The notes beneath the pieces are model-generated. The model was not told the DNA's origin. It saw only the letters and a list, made by a program, of their open reading frames with translations, and ran no database searches. DNA of 62,185 nucleotides, counting the filler, from Nemertoderma westbladi (lineage: Eukaryota; Animalia; Xenacoelomorpha), in assembly GCA_032718475.1 (NCBI GenBank). It is 3 parts of 3 records of this genome, joined end to end, with 100 filler letters (N's around TTAATTAATTAA, not from the genome) between each part and the next. Parts side by side here need not be neighbours in the genome. Positions count along the whole stretch, not along the records: positions 1 to 23,682 come from JAUCBJ010002572.1; positions 23,783 to 42,745 come from JAUCBJ010003695.1; 1 more part is not named here. The stretch is one strand, 5' to 3'. The position numbers and the translations under genes were made by a program. Positions 12,506 to 24,905 of the stretch are shown here, piece by piece (within the stretch, counting starts at the first letter, position 1; every line of letters begins with the position of its first letter).

Positions 12506-14095
12506 CTAGGAACTAGTAACAATAATAGTATCATTATTATCTATAGCAAAGAAACTCAATGATCTGTAATCGTTGTCTATGAGAACCGGTTTATTAGTTC
12601 CCGCGCTCACGTAACTCAATAACTGCTTCTTCTTATCAACCCTGAAGACTTTCTCTATGATTATCTTGAGTTTCATTATTGTAGTTCCTGAGGGAAGTTT
12701 CTTAGAAACAACGCGAGTACCGGAATCAATAGAACCAACTACGATGTTAACGAGTAGAAGAGAATCTTTCAGTTTATTCGAGGTTTTCTTCAGTTGTCCG
12801 ATTTCCGGTTCGCCATATTTCTTCACGATCTCCCGGTAACGCGGGTGGAAGGCGAGAAACCGGTCCATTAGATCCGGTTCTGTTACATCCGAGGTGGCCT
12901 TAGCTTCGAACCATTGCGTCCCGTACTTTATCGAATACCAAACCTCGCTCTCCATTCGCTCTCTCGCTAGTATCGTAGTTTTATTCAGCGTTACCATCCC
13001 TCCGATTCGAGCGACTACCTCCATTCTAGCGTACTCTTCTTTATCTAAACTCAGAACCGGATTGGCAGTCAACGATAGTTCCACTAGTCGTGGAAGTTTA
13101 TTCAACTGGTTAATCGATTCCAGACTGGATATTTTGTTTTGTTTTAGACTGAGGAGGGAAAGTTTGGGGAAAAATTGGTCTTCTTTGGAATCCGGGAAGT
13201 AGACGGAAGGTATTCCGCAGCCGTTGCAATAGAGTTCAGTGAGTCCAGGCAGACGACCCAATTGGAGGACGAGATCCCAACTATCTATGGGGTTGAAGTC
13301 TAAAAGTAACATTTGTAGTTGAGCGAAACTATCCGATGGAAGGCCGGATAATTGTGCAGAGTTATGGCAGAAGGAAAGTTCTCTGAGATTCGCAAACATT
13401 ATAGAAACAAACGGTAAATCATGCCAGTTGATTAAAGTTTTATTTAAAGAAAGAGTTGAAACTTTATCGAAACTAGACGAAATCATACTGGCTTCGGTGT
13501 CATTCAGAAGGGCCGTCATTCGGCAGTTATTTAGGGAAAGAGTGGAAATATTTGGCATGAAGAAAGTCACGTTGGAAACAACCAGCCATGAGTTAATAAG
13601 ATTATTGGAAAGATCGAGTAGAGAAGCTTTTGGAAGTAAATGCTCATATAAAGGATTTACTGTGATGCTAGAAACTTTCATGTTGTATAAGTTGATACTG
13701 AAAGATTCACTGAAATTCGATTGTTTTTTATTGATAAACTTAGCCCCGATTACTATAATATCTCGCCCCCCGATTCCCTCTATAACTTCCTCGTTTACAG
13801 CCGATTCATCCAAACCGTATTTCTCTTTAACAGCGTCGATAAACTCGATTCCCGCATCGACGACGTGTGATCGGACGAATGAACCGCTGTTAGGCCGTCC
13901 GACCGAGAAGTACTCGCGACCCTTGTACGAGCCGCTGTGTCGACCACGGGACAAGTTGTCCCATTCCAGTCCCACCCACATCCCGGATGTCCCAACTACG
14001 GGACCGGTATAACGCACAGTCGCATACTCATTGTTGCAGCAAACACGCTGTCCATCCATCAGGGAACATTTCGTATTGGTACCGGTACTCATCAT
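12506..14095 (-). CDS. TBCE: Tubulin-specific chaperone E (CAP-Gly, LRR, ubiquitin-like domain), single exon
   Basis: 529-aa intact ORF. CAP-Gly ATVRYTGPV..WVGLEWDNLSRGRHSG..GSFVR, LRRs (LDLSNNLI, LSLKQNKI, LSLTANPV), ERMESEVWY..FHPRY..KYG, and C-terminal UBL KKLPSGTTIMKLK. Confidence 0.95.
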   Translation of the reverse strand: MMSTGTNTKCSLMDGQRVCCNNEYATVRYTGPVVGTSGMWVGLEWDNLSRGRHSGSYKGREYFSVGRPNSGSFVRSHVVDAGIEFIDAVKEKYGLDESAVNEEVIEGIGGRDIIVIGAKFINKKQSNFSESFSINLYNMKVSSITVNPLYEHLLPKASLLDLSNNLINSWLVVSNVTFFMPNISTLSLNNCRMTALLNDTEASMISSSFDKVSTLSLNKTLINWHDLPFVSIMFANLRELSFCHNSAQLSGLPSDSFAQLQMLLLDFNPIDSWDLVLQLGRLPGLTELYCNGCGIPSVYFPDSKEDQFFPKLSLLSLKQNKISSLESINQLNKLPRLVELSLTANPVLSLDKEEYARMEVVARIGGMVTLNKTTILARERMESEVWYSIKYGTQWFEAKATSDVTEPDLMDRFLAFHPRYREIVKKYGEPEIGQLKKTSNKLKDSLLLVNIVVGSIDSGTRVVSKKLPSGTTIMKLKIIIEKVFRVDKKKQLLSYVSAGTNKPVLIDNDYRSLSFFAIDNNDTIIVTSS

Positions 14096-14473
14096 TATTG
14101 CTGTATGGATTACAGGATTAGTGGTAGTGGTAGTTACTCTGTTACGCGGATGCTGTTCGTGAAGCCGTGATATAATATATCGATGTACTGAAGTAGTAGA
14201 GTAGGTAGACTAGGATCTACACACACTCATTATACAGGACAGCGCAACACAGTCTGCATGTGTATAGTCGTAGACTGTCAGCAGGTATTTGTAATTAAAG
14301 TTTGAAATTGGACATGTTTCATCTTGGACAAGAAATTTGCAAAAATGTTAGGCCTTTCTTAACTAACACTGTACACTGTAACATATCGGCAATTCAATCA
14401 TGATCAGACATTTACTAGTAAACTGTTGCTCGCAGCAGTATCGGTAGCTATTTATGTTATTATTCTGCATTTT

Positions 14474-14488
14474 GGTTGCCAGGCAACC
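14474..14488. promoter_or_regulatory. Candidate RFX X-box upstream of TBCE
   Basis: Palindromic ggttgccaggcaacc ~380 bp upstream of the ATG. Motif match only. Confidence 0.35.
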
Positions 14489-14829
14489 ATAGGCCTACAC
14501 TGACTGATTGTATGAAAGACTTCTAGAACAACACTGAGTAGTATTTATTCATAGAACTAGAAAGCCAGCAAGCCAAGCAGGCTATAAGAAGACCGCAAGA
14601 CAACAAAACCGAAAAACTAAATCATAATTCCGTTTCTCTGGGTTAGTCCGAAGCGAAAAGATGAACAAATATTTAACCATATCCAATCTCGGCATCACTA
14701 TGAAGCAACCAGTTTAATATAAACATATAATATGCGCATGGCATGTATCCTAATAATAATATTCTACGAAACCAGAACAATAGGCGCTTTACTCTAAATA
14801 TTGCTTTGTAATCTGTACTGTTTATCCTG

Positions 14830-17800
14830 AACAACAACAGAGAACATAACAACAGAGAACAACAACAGAGAACATAACAACAGAGAACAACAACAGAGAA
14901 CATAACAACAGAGAACAACAACAGAGAACAACAACAGAGAACAACAACAGAGAACATAAACAGAGAACAACAACAGAGAACAACAACAGAGAATAACAAC
15001 AGAGAACATAAACAGAGAACAACAACAGAGAATAACAACAGAGAATAACAACAGAGAACAACAACAGAGAACAACAACAGAGAACATAACAACAGAGAAC
15101 AACAACAGAGAACAACAACAGAGAACATAACAACAGAGAACAACAACAGAGAACAACAACAGAGAACAACAACAGAGAACAACAACAGAGAACAACTACA
15201 GAGAACAACAACAGAGAATAACAACAGAGAACAATAACAGAGAACAACAACAGAGAACAACAACAGAGAACAACAACAGAGAACATAACAACAGAGAACA
15301 ACAACAGAGAACAACAACAGAGAACAACAACAGAGAACAACTACAGAGAATAACAACAGAGAACATAAACAGAGAACATAAACAGAGAACAACAACAGAG
15401 AACATAAACAGAGAACAACAACAGAGAATAACAACAGAGAACATAAACAGAGAACAACAACAGAGAACATAAACAGAGAACAACAACAGAGAATAACAAC
15501 AGAGAACATAACAACAGAGAACAACAACAGAGAACAACAACAGAGAACAACAACAGAGAACAACAACAGAGAATAACAACAGAGAACAACAACAGAGAAC
15601 AACAACAGAGAATAACAACAGAGAATAACAACAGAGAACAACAACAGAGAACAACAACAGAGAACATAAACAGAGAACAACAACAGAGAACAACAACAGA
15701 GAACAACAACAGAGAATAACAACAGAGAACATAAACAGAGAACAACAACAGAGAATAACAACAGAGAACAACAACAGAGAACAACAACAGAGAACATAAA
15801 CAGAGAACAACAACAGAGAACAACAACAGAGAACAACAACAGAGAATAACAACAGAGAACATAACAACAGAGAACAACAACAGAGAACAACAACAGAGAA
15901 CAACAACAGAGAACAACAACAGAGAATAACAACAGAGAACAACAACAGAGAACAACAACAGAGAATAACAACAGAGAATAACAACAGAGAACAACAACAG
16001 AGAACAACAACAGAGAACATAAACAGAGAACAACAACAGAGAACAACAACAGAGAACAACAACAGAGAATAACAACAGAGAACATAAACAGAGAACAACA
16101 ACAGAGAATAACAACAGAGAATAACAACAGAGAACAACAACAGAGAACATCAACAGAGAACAACAACAGAGAACAACAACAGAGAACAACAACAGAGAAC
16201 AACAACAGAGAACATCAACAGAGAACATCAACAGAGAACAACAACAGAGAACATCAACAGAGAACATAACAACAGAGAACAACAACAGAGAACATAACAA
16301 CAGAGAACAACAACATAGAATAACAACAGAGAACAACAACAGAGAACAACAACAGAGAACAACAACAGAGAACAACAACAGAGAATAACAACAGAGAACA
16401 TAAACAGAGAACAACAACAGAGAATAACAACAGAGAATAACAACAGAGAACAACAACAGAGAACAACTACAGAGAACAACAACAGAGAATAACAACAGAG
16501 AACAACTACAGAGAACAACAACAGAGAACAACAACAGAGAATAACAACAGAGAATAACAACAGAGAACAACAACAGAGAACAACAAAAGAGAACATAACA
16601 ACAGAGAACAACAACAGAGAATAACAACAGAGAACATAAACAGAGAACAACAACAGAGAACAACAACAGAGAACAACAACAGAGAATAACAACAGAGAAC
16701 ATAAACAGAGAACAACAACAGAGAATAACAACAGAGAATAACAACAGAGAACAACAACAGAGAACAACAACAGAGAACAACAACAGAGAATATAAACAGA
16801 GAACATAAACAGAGAACATAAACAGAGAACAACAACAGAGAACAACAACAGAGAATAACAACAGAGAACATAAACAGAGAACATAACAACAGAGAACAAC
16901 AACAGAGAACAATAACAGAGAACATAAACAGAGAACAACAACAGAGAACAACAACAGAGAACATCAACAGAGAACAACAACAGAGAACAACAACAGAGAA
17001 CAACAACAGAGAACAATAACAGAGAACATAAACAGAGAACATAAACAGAGAACAACAACAGAGAACAACAACAGAGAATAACAACAGAGAACATAAACAG
17101 AGAACATAAACAGAGAACAACAACAGAGAACAACAACAGAGAATAACAACAGAGAACATAAACAGAGAACATAACAACAGAGAACAACAACATAGAATAA
17201 CAACAGAGAACAACAACAGAGAACAACAACAGAGAACAACAACAGAGAACAACAACAGAGAATAACAACAGAGAACATAAACAGAGAACAACAACAGAGA
17301 ATAACAACAGAGAATAACAACAGAGAACAACAACAGAGAACAACTACAGAGAACAACAACAGAGAATAACAACAGAGAACAACTACAGAGAACAACAACA
17401 GAGAACAACAACAGAGAATAACAACAGAGAATAACAACAGAGAACAACAACAGAGAACAACAACAGAGAACATAACAACAGAGAACAACAACAGAGAATA
17501 ACAACAGAGAACATAAACAGAGAACAACAACAGAGAACAACAACAGAGAACAACAACAGAGAATAACAACAGAGAACATAAACAGAGAACAACAACAGAG
17601 AATAACAACAGAGAATAACAACAGAGAACAACAACAGAGAACAACAACAGAGAACATAACAACAGAGAACAACAACAGAGAATAACAACAGAGAACAACA
17701 ACAGAGAACATAAACAGAGAACAACAACAGAGAACAACAACAGAGAACATCAACAGAGAACAACAACAGAGAACAACAACAGAGAACAACAACAGAGAAC

Positions 17801-20800
17801 AATAACAGAGAACATAAACAGAGAACATAAACAGAGAACAACAACAGAGAACAACAACAGAGAACAACAACAGAGAACATAAACAGAGAACATAAACAGA
17901 GAATAACAACAGAGAACAACAACAGAGAATAACAACAGAGAACATAAACAGAGAACAACAACAGAGAATAACAACAGAGAATAACAACAGAGAACAACAA
18001 CAGAGAACAACAACAGAGAACAACAACAGAGAATAACAACAGAGAATAACAACAGAGAACAACAACAGAGAACAACTACAGAGAACAACAACAGAGAATA
18101 ACAACAGAGAACAACTACAGAGAACAACAACAGAGAACAACAACAGAGAATAACAACAGAGAATAACAACAGAGAACAACAACAGAGAACAACAACAGAG
18201 AACATAACAACAGAGAACAACAACAGAGAATAACAACAGAGAACAACAACAGAGAACAACAACAGAGAATAACAACAGAGAACATCAACAGAGAATAACA
18301 ACAGAGAACATAAACAGAGAACAACAACAGAGAACAACAACAGAGAACAACAACAGAGAATAACAACAGAGAACATAAACAGAGAACAACAACAGAGAAT
18401 AACAACAGAGAATAACAACAGAGAACAACAACAGAGAACAACAACAGAGAACATAACAACAGAGAACAACAACAGAGAATAACAACAGAGAACATAAACA
18501 GAGAACAACAACAGAGAACAACAACAGAGAACAACAACAGAGAATAACAACAGAGAACATAAACAGAGAACAACAACAGAGAATAACAACAGAGAATAAC
18601 AACAGAGAACAACAACAGAGAACAACAACAGAGAACATAACAACAGAGAACAACAACAGAGAATAACAACAGAGAACATAAACAGAGAACATAAACAGAG
18701 AACAACAACAGAGAATAACAACAGAGAACAACAACAGAGAACAACAACAGAGAACATAAACAGAGAACATAAACAGAGAACATAAACAGAGAACATAAAC
18801 AGAGAACAACAACAGAGAACAACAACAGAGAACATAAAAAGAGAACAACAACAGAGAACATAAACAGAGAACAACAACAGAGAATAACAACAGAGAACAT
18901 AAACAGAGAACAACAACAGAGAATAACAACAGAGAATAACAACAGAGAACAACAACAGAGAACAACAACAGAGAACAACAACAGAGAACAACAACAGAGA
19001 ATAACAACAGAGAACAACAACAGAGAACAACAACAGAGAACATAACAACAGAGAACAACAACAGAGAACAATAACAGAGAACAACTACAGAGAACAACAA
19101 CAGAGAACAACAACAGAGAATAACAACAGAGAACATAAACAGAGAACATAAACAGAGAACAACAACAGAGAACATAAACAGAGAACATAAACAGAGAATA
19201 ACAACAGAGAACATAAACAGAGAACAACAACAGAGAATAACAACAGAGAATAACAACAGAGAACAACAACAGAGAACAACAACAGAGAACATAAACAGAG
19301 AACATAAACAGAGAACAACAACAGAGAACATAAACAGAGAATAACAACAGAGAACATAAACAGAGAATAACAACAGAGAACATAAACAGAGAACATAAAC
19401 AGAGAATAACAACAGAGAACATAAACAGAGAATAACAACAGAGAACATAAACAGAGAACATAAACAGAGAACAACAACAGAGAACATAAACAGAGAATAA
19501 CAACAGAGAACATAAACAGAGAATAACAACAGAGAACATAAACAGAGAACATAAACAGAGAATAACAACAGAGAACATAAACAGAGAATAACAACAGAGA
19601 ACATAAACAGAGAACAACAACAGAGAATAACAACAGAGAACATAAACAGAGAACAACAACAGAGAATAACAACAGAGAATAACAACAGAGAACAACAACA
19701 GAGAACAACAACAGAGAACATAAACAGAGAACATAAACAGAGAACAACAACAGAGAACATAAACAGAGAACATAAACAGAGAACAACAACAGAGAACATA
19801 AACAGAGAACATAAACAGAGAATAACAACAGAGAACATAAACAGAGAACAACAACAGAGAACAACAACAGAGAACAACAACAGAGAACAACAACAGAGAA
19901 CAACAACAGAGAACAACAACAGAGAATAACAACAGAGAACAACAACAGAGAACAACAACAGAGAACATAACAACAGAGAACAACAACAGAGAACAATAAC
20001 AGAGAACAACTACAGAGAACAACAACAGAGAACAACAACAGAGAATAACAACAGAGAACATAAACAGAGAACATAAACAGAGAACAACAACAGAGAACAT
20101 AAACAGAGAACATAAACAGAGAACAACAACAGAGAACATAAACAGAGAACAACAACAGAGAATAACAACAGAGAACATAAACAGAGAACAACAACAGAGA
20201 ATAACAACAGAGAACATAAACAGAGAACAACAACAGAGAATAACAACAGAGAATAACAACAGAGAACAACAACAGAGAACAACAACAGAGAACATAAACA
20301 GAGAACATAAACAGAGAACAACAACAGAGAACATAAACAGAGAACATAAACAGAGAACAACAACAGAGAACATAAACAGAGAACATAAACAGAGAATAAC
20401 AACAGAGAACATAAACAGAGAACAACAACAGAGAACAACAACAGAGAACAACAACAGAGAACAACAACAGAGAACAACAACAGAGAACAACAACAGAGAA
20501 TAACAACAGAGAACAACAACAGAGAACAACAACAGAGAACATAACAACAGAGAACAACAACAGAGAACAATAACAGAGAACAACTACAGAGAACAACAAC
20601 AGAGAACAACAACAGAGAATAACAACAGAGAACATAAACAGAGAACATAAACAGAGAACAACAACAGAGAACATAAACAGAGAACATAAACAGAGAACAA
20701 CAACAGAGAACATAAACAGAGAACAACAACAGAGAATAACAACAGAGAACAACAACAGAGAACAACAACAGAGAACAACAACAGAGAACAACAACAGAGA

Positions 20801-21750
20801 ACAACTACAGAGAACAACAACAGAGAATAACAACAGAGAACAACAACAGAGAACAACAACAGAGAACAACAACAGAGAACAACAACAGAGAATAACAACA
20901 GAGAACATAAACAGAGAACAACAACAGAGAATAACAACAGAGAATAACAACAGAGAACAACAACAGAGAACAACAACAGAGAACATAACAACAGAGAACA
21001 ACAACAGAGAATAACAACAGAGAACATAAACAGAGAACAACAACAGAGAACAACAACAGAGAACAACAACAGAGAACAACAACAGAGAACAACAACAGAG
21101 AACAACAACAGAGAACAACAACAGAGAATAACAACAGAGAACATAAACAGAGAACAACAACAGAGAATAACAACAGAGAATAACAACAGAGAACAACAAC
21201 AGAGAACAACAACAGAGAACATAACAACAGAGAACAACAACAGAGAACAATAACAGAGAACAACTACAGAGAACAACAACAGAGAACAACTACAGAGAAC
21301 AACAACAGAGAATAACAACAGAGAACAACAACAGAGAACAACAACAGAGAACATAAACAGAGAACATCAACAGAGAATAACAACAGAGAACAACAACAGA
21401 GAATAACAACAGAGAACATAAACAGAGAACATAAACAGAGAACAACAACAGAGAACATAAACAGAGAACATAAACAGAGAACAACAACAGAGAACATAAA
21501 CAGAGAACAACAACAGAGAATAACAACAGAGAACAACAACAGAGAACAACAACAGAGAACAACAACAGAGAACAACAACAGAGAATAACAACAGAGAACA
21601 ACAACAGAGAACAACTACAGAGAACAACAACAGAGAATAACAACAGAGAACATAAACAGAGAACAACAACAGAGAACATAAACAGAGAACAACAACAGAG
21701 AACAACAACAGAGAACAATAACAGAGAACAACAACAGAACAACAACAACA
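14830..21750. repeat. 6.9-kb minisatellite/satellite array, 13-bp unit AACAACAACAGAG with a few recurring variants
   Basis: Roughly 530 units. Variants include aataacaacagag, aacataaacagag, aacataacaacagag (15 bp), aacaactacagag, aacatcaacagag and aacaataacagag. Confidence 0.99.
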
Positions 21751-23682
21751 TATTTATACGGTCCCACAATTGAATCGGTCCCAATATTATATAAGCGCTC
21801 CCATAATTGAATAGTTTTGTTGAATTGCTCTTTCAATCAGTGTATGTCACATAATTAACCTTTCCAATTATCTCATTATTTCCATATATCTAAAGGCTTT
21901 ATGACCCTAATCTATGCAATAAAAAAAAAGTCGGTTTCCTTTACTGTATGTAATAAAAAAAATCCTAAATTTTTTTCTAAACTTTTTTCCACATCATGGG
22001 GTTGAGCTGCGTCGATTGATATAACTTTCCTTGACGGACGAGCTATAGTTTCGGAGGAGTTTACATGATATACATACATACATACATAGATACATACATA
22101 ATAATTTGACAGTAAGAAGTCCTAACGTTCTTCAAATACTGTAGGCCTACATACCCTTTTAAAACGTGGACCCCAAAAGTTATAATCGTTCTAAAGAACA
22201 GATACATTAATTTTTCAATGCCGGTTTAACTTTTTCACATTATATTTATGATTGCTATCATTATGTGCGAGTTTGAGAATTTCAACCCTTAATCTTTTTT
22301 AATTAAAACCAATAATTCGTTTTTTCGAAAAAGCATTAATTATCCATCAATGGGGGGAAACTTGACACCTAGTGTGGGAGACTTGAACCCCCATTTCAAT
22401 TTTTGTAAATTCATACAAAAATCCATTAGAGGTGAAATAATTAATTACATGTTCAACATGTCTATTTTATAGTAGAGCAAAGAAAAAGCAAAAAATGCGA
22501 TTATTACTGTAATTTGTCATAATTATTATTCCAAATTTTATACCAATTTAGGTGGTCGTTCACATGGTTCCCCTAACAAGGGCGTAATAATTAATAGTTC
22601 ATTAAAACCGCAATAAAATTTAACGCGGTAAAGCACTTTTTCATAATAAATATCATGTATAATTTTCAATCCAGGCGCATCCTGGTGTAATGGTTCTCTA
22701 CGGGGGTGTATCTCAAGGTAGGCATTGGCCGGTTCAAGTCTCCCTGGGTTTATATAAAAAGTCCATGTGGAGAAACTTGACGCCCGAGTTCAAGTCTCCT
22801 CACATGGGCCTTTTATATATTAATTACTGTAATATAATTGCGGCTAATATATGGCAGGATAGTGCAATAAATAGTCAAAACATGTGGGTAATTACAATGA
22901 ACAAGTAACCAGACATATAAATAAGGGTGCAAATTTTCATTCGTTCTAAATCGTAAAAATTTACCTTTGAACCCAGAAAACGTTTATTGGCAATAAAACA
23001 AAAAATAACCAAAAGGTAATAAAAACATTGTTGTGCGGGTGTAGCCTACATGTAATTTACACATTATTGTGTGGTATTGTTAAATAATTTACAATAGTTT
23101 TTGAGTTCTTCAAAAAAATCAAGTCTCCCCTAAAGTCAAGTCTCCTTCACTCACTCTAGGTACAGAGAGCGTATGGTAAAGTATAAACTATCCTGAACGT
23201 AGCTACAATAAATAATTATAGGCCTACTATACTGTACATTAATTACATTTCCTAGAGCAGATCGCGAGTTAAAGTGGTTTCGAATGGGAAGTTTTATTGC
23301 ATTGAGTACAGTATATGTTTAGTGGGAAGTAACATGATAACTTTTATACCAGTTTTATAATTATTTATAATAATAATTATAGTTTATAATCATATAAATC
23401 GACTCAATGAGATTTCGCATACTCATAATACAGTAATTCCCAAATTCAACAGCAATAATTAATTGTGTGCAGGGGAATCCAGTTTAAAGGTTATGGGCCT
23501 AATATTCAACCAACAACAAACGGGGACGCCTCTAAGAGTTCATTGGTCGCCAGATGTTTCTGCGGCGAGACTTTGAAGTTGCAGGGTGCATTGCCGAGGT
23601 CGTCTGGTTCATCACGTTTTATAATGAGCGAGTAACAGAGAGTTGACAAATTCGGTGTTGTCAGTTGAACATTTAAATCGTA

Positions 23683-23782
23683 NNNNNNNNNNNNNNNNNN
23701 NNNNNNNNNNNNNNNNNNNNNNNNNNTTAATTAATTAANNNNNNNNNNNNNNNNNNNNNNNNNNNNNNNNNNNNNNNNNNNN
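23683..23782. other. Artificial contig linker
   Basis: 44 N + TTAATTAATTAA (stops in all six frames) + 44 N. Confidence 0.97.
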
Positions 23783-24905
23783 AAACCGATCCAATGACAC
23801 TGAGTCCCCGACTTATATATCCTGGTTTTGTCTTCGTCACCAAGGGTTTAACATTGTCATTTGGGCTATTCTCTATATTGGGGCTATAATTGGCACGTTT
23901 GGTGACATTTTTGGCGAAATTGTCAATGTCAATTTTTGATTCAATTAAGTTGGCTTTTGGAGTTGGTGTAAATTTCAACCCCAATTTAAGAAGAGTTTTT
24001 TCAGCAGGATTTAAAGTATAGCTGGACAAGTTTAGAATATCAACTCTATTATTGTCATTCGATTCTAGTCATTGATTGCTTGTAGCTGGTTTTGCGCGTG
24101 TAGGGCCCGAATTAGAGTCCGTTCTGGAATTAGGTGGTGCAGGCCAACGAAATCCATTTCCTGATGTTGTTGGTCTTCCCCCGTTAGATTGTTGACGAAA
24201 CAATGTCGTCCGACTTACTGATCGGGTGTTTCTTGTACTGTTATAGTTGTACTCACGGCGTGGCTGGCGTCCTCGCTCTTGGTACTGTTGTCTTTGATTA
24301 GAGACGTCTCGATCATATGGTTGGGGTGGTTGGCGTCCTCGCTCTTGGTACTGTTGTCTTTGATTAGAGACGTCTCGATCATATGGTTGGGGTGGTTGGC
24401 GTCCTCGCTCTTGATGCTGTTTTCTAGTATAAGTGACATCTCCACCGTATGGTTGGGGTGGCTGGCGTCCTCGCTCTTGTTGCTGTTGTCTTTGATTAGA
24501 GACATCTCGACCTTTATTGATGTTATCACTATGCGGTTGGCGTACTCGTTCCAGGGGTTGATATCTTTGCTTTGAAATATCTCGAGATCCGCCCTTAGGC
24601 TTGTTGCTTGACATTTCTTGGTTAGTAGGTATTTCAAGGACGTCATCATCAAGTGGTGCAAATTGATTTGAAACTTCAATACTATTTTGTTGGTTCTTTG
24701 TAGGTTGGCTACGATGGGGTTGATGATTGTTATTGTTATGTTTCCGGTTGCGGATAAAGATGAATTCTGGAGCGTTGTCAACGGTGCTGGTTGAATTTGT
24801 TGTCGATGATTTCACAAGGTTTAACATATGTTTGTCACCTTTGAAAAACTCGATTTTTTTGTTCCATCTAGCGAGATTTTCTTGTTCTCTTATCTCCCCC
24901 ACCTC
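23783..24905 (-). mobile_element. Inverted 5' part of a Penelope-like element: Q/R/N-rich ORF1, in-frame TGA, start of pol
   Basis: After the TGA (24071-24069) the frame continues LESNDNNRVDILNLSSYTLNPAEKTLLKLGLKFTPTP, the typical PLE N-terminal 'NLS..L..E..LL.KGL.F.PTP' motif. ORF1 contains ~4 copies of a 66-bp/22-aa repeat (DRDVSNQRQQYQERGRQPPQPY). Confidence 0.85.

Noticed and set aside
12657-14170. Plus-strand ORFs over TBCE, and minus-strand ORFs over the zinc-finger array
   Set aside because: Antisense shadows of real coding sequence with no recognisable motifs.
14673-21836. Many long Cys/Leu/Val-rich minus-strand ORFs
   Set aside because: They are translations of the 13-bp satellite, open in all three frames because the strand is nearly stop-free.
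23683-23782. TTAATTAATTAA inside N-runs (also 42746-42845)
   Set aside because: Identical synthetic six-frame-stop linker. No adjacency across it should be interpreted.
24727-24905. N-terminal extension of the 568-aa Penelope ORF
   Set aside because: It is the antisense of the inverted ORF1. RT homology begins only near 24906.
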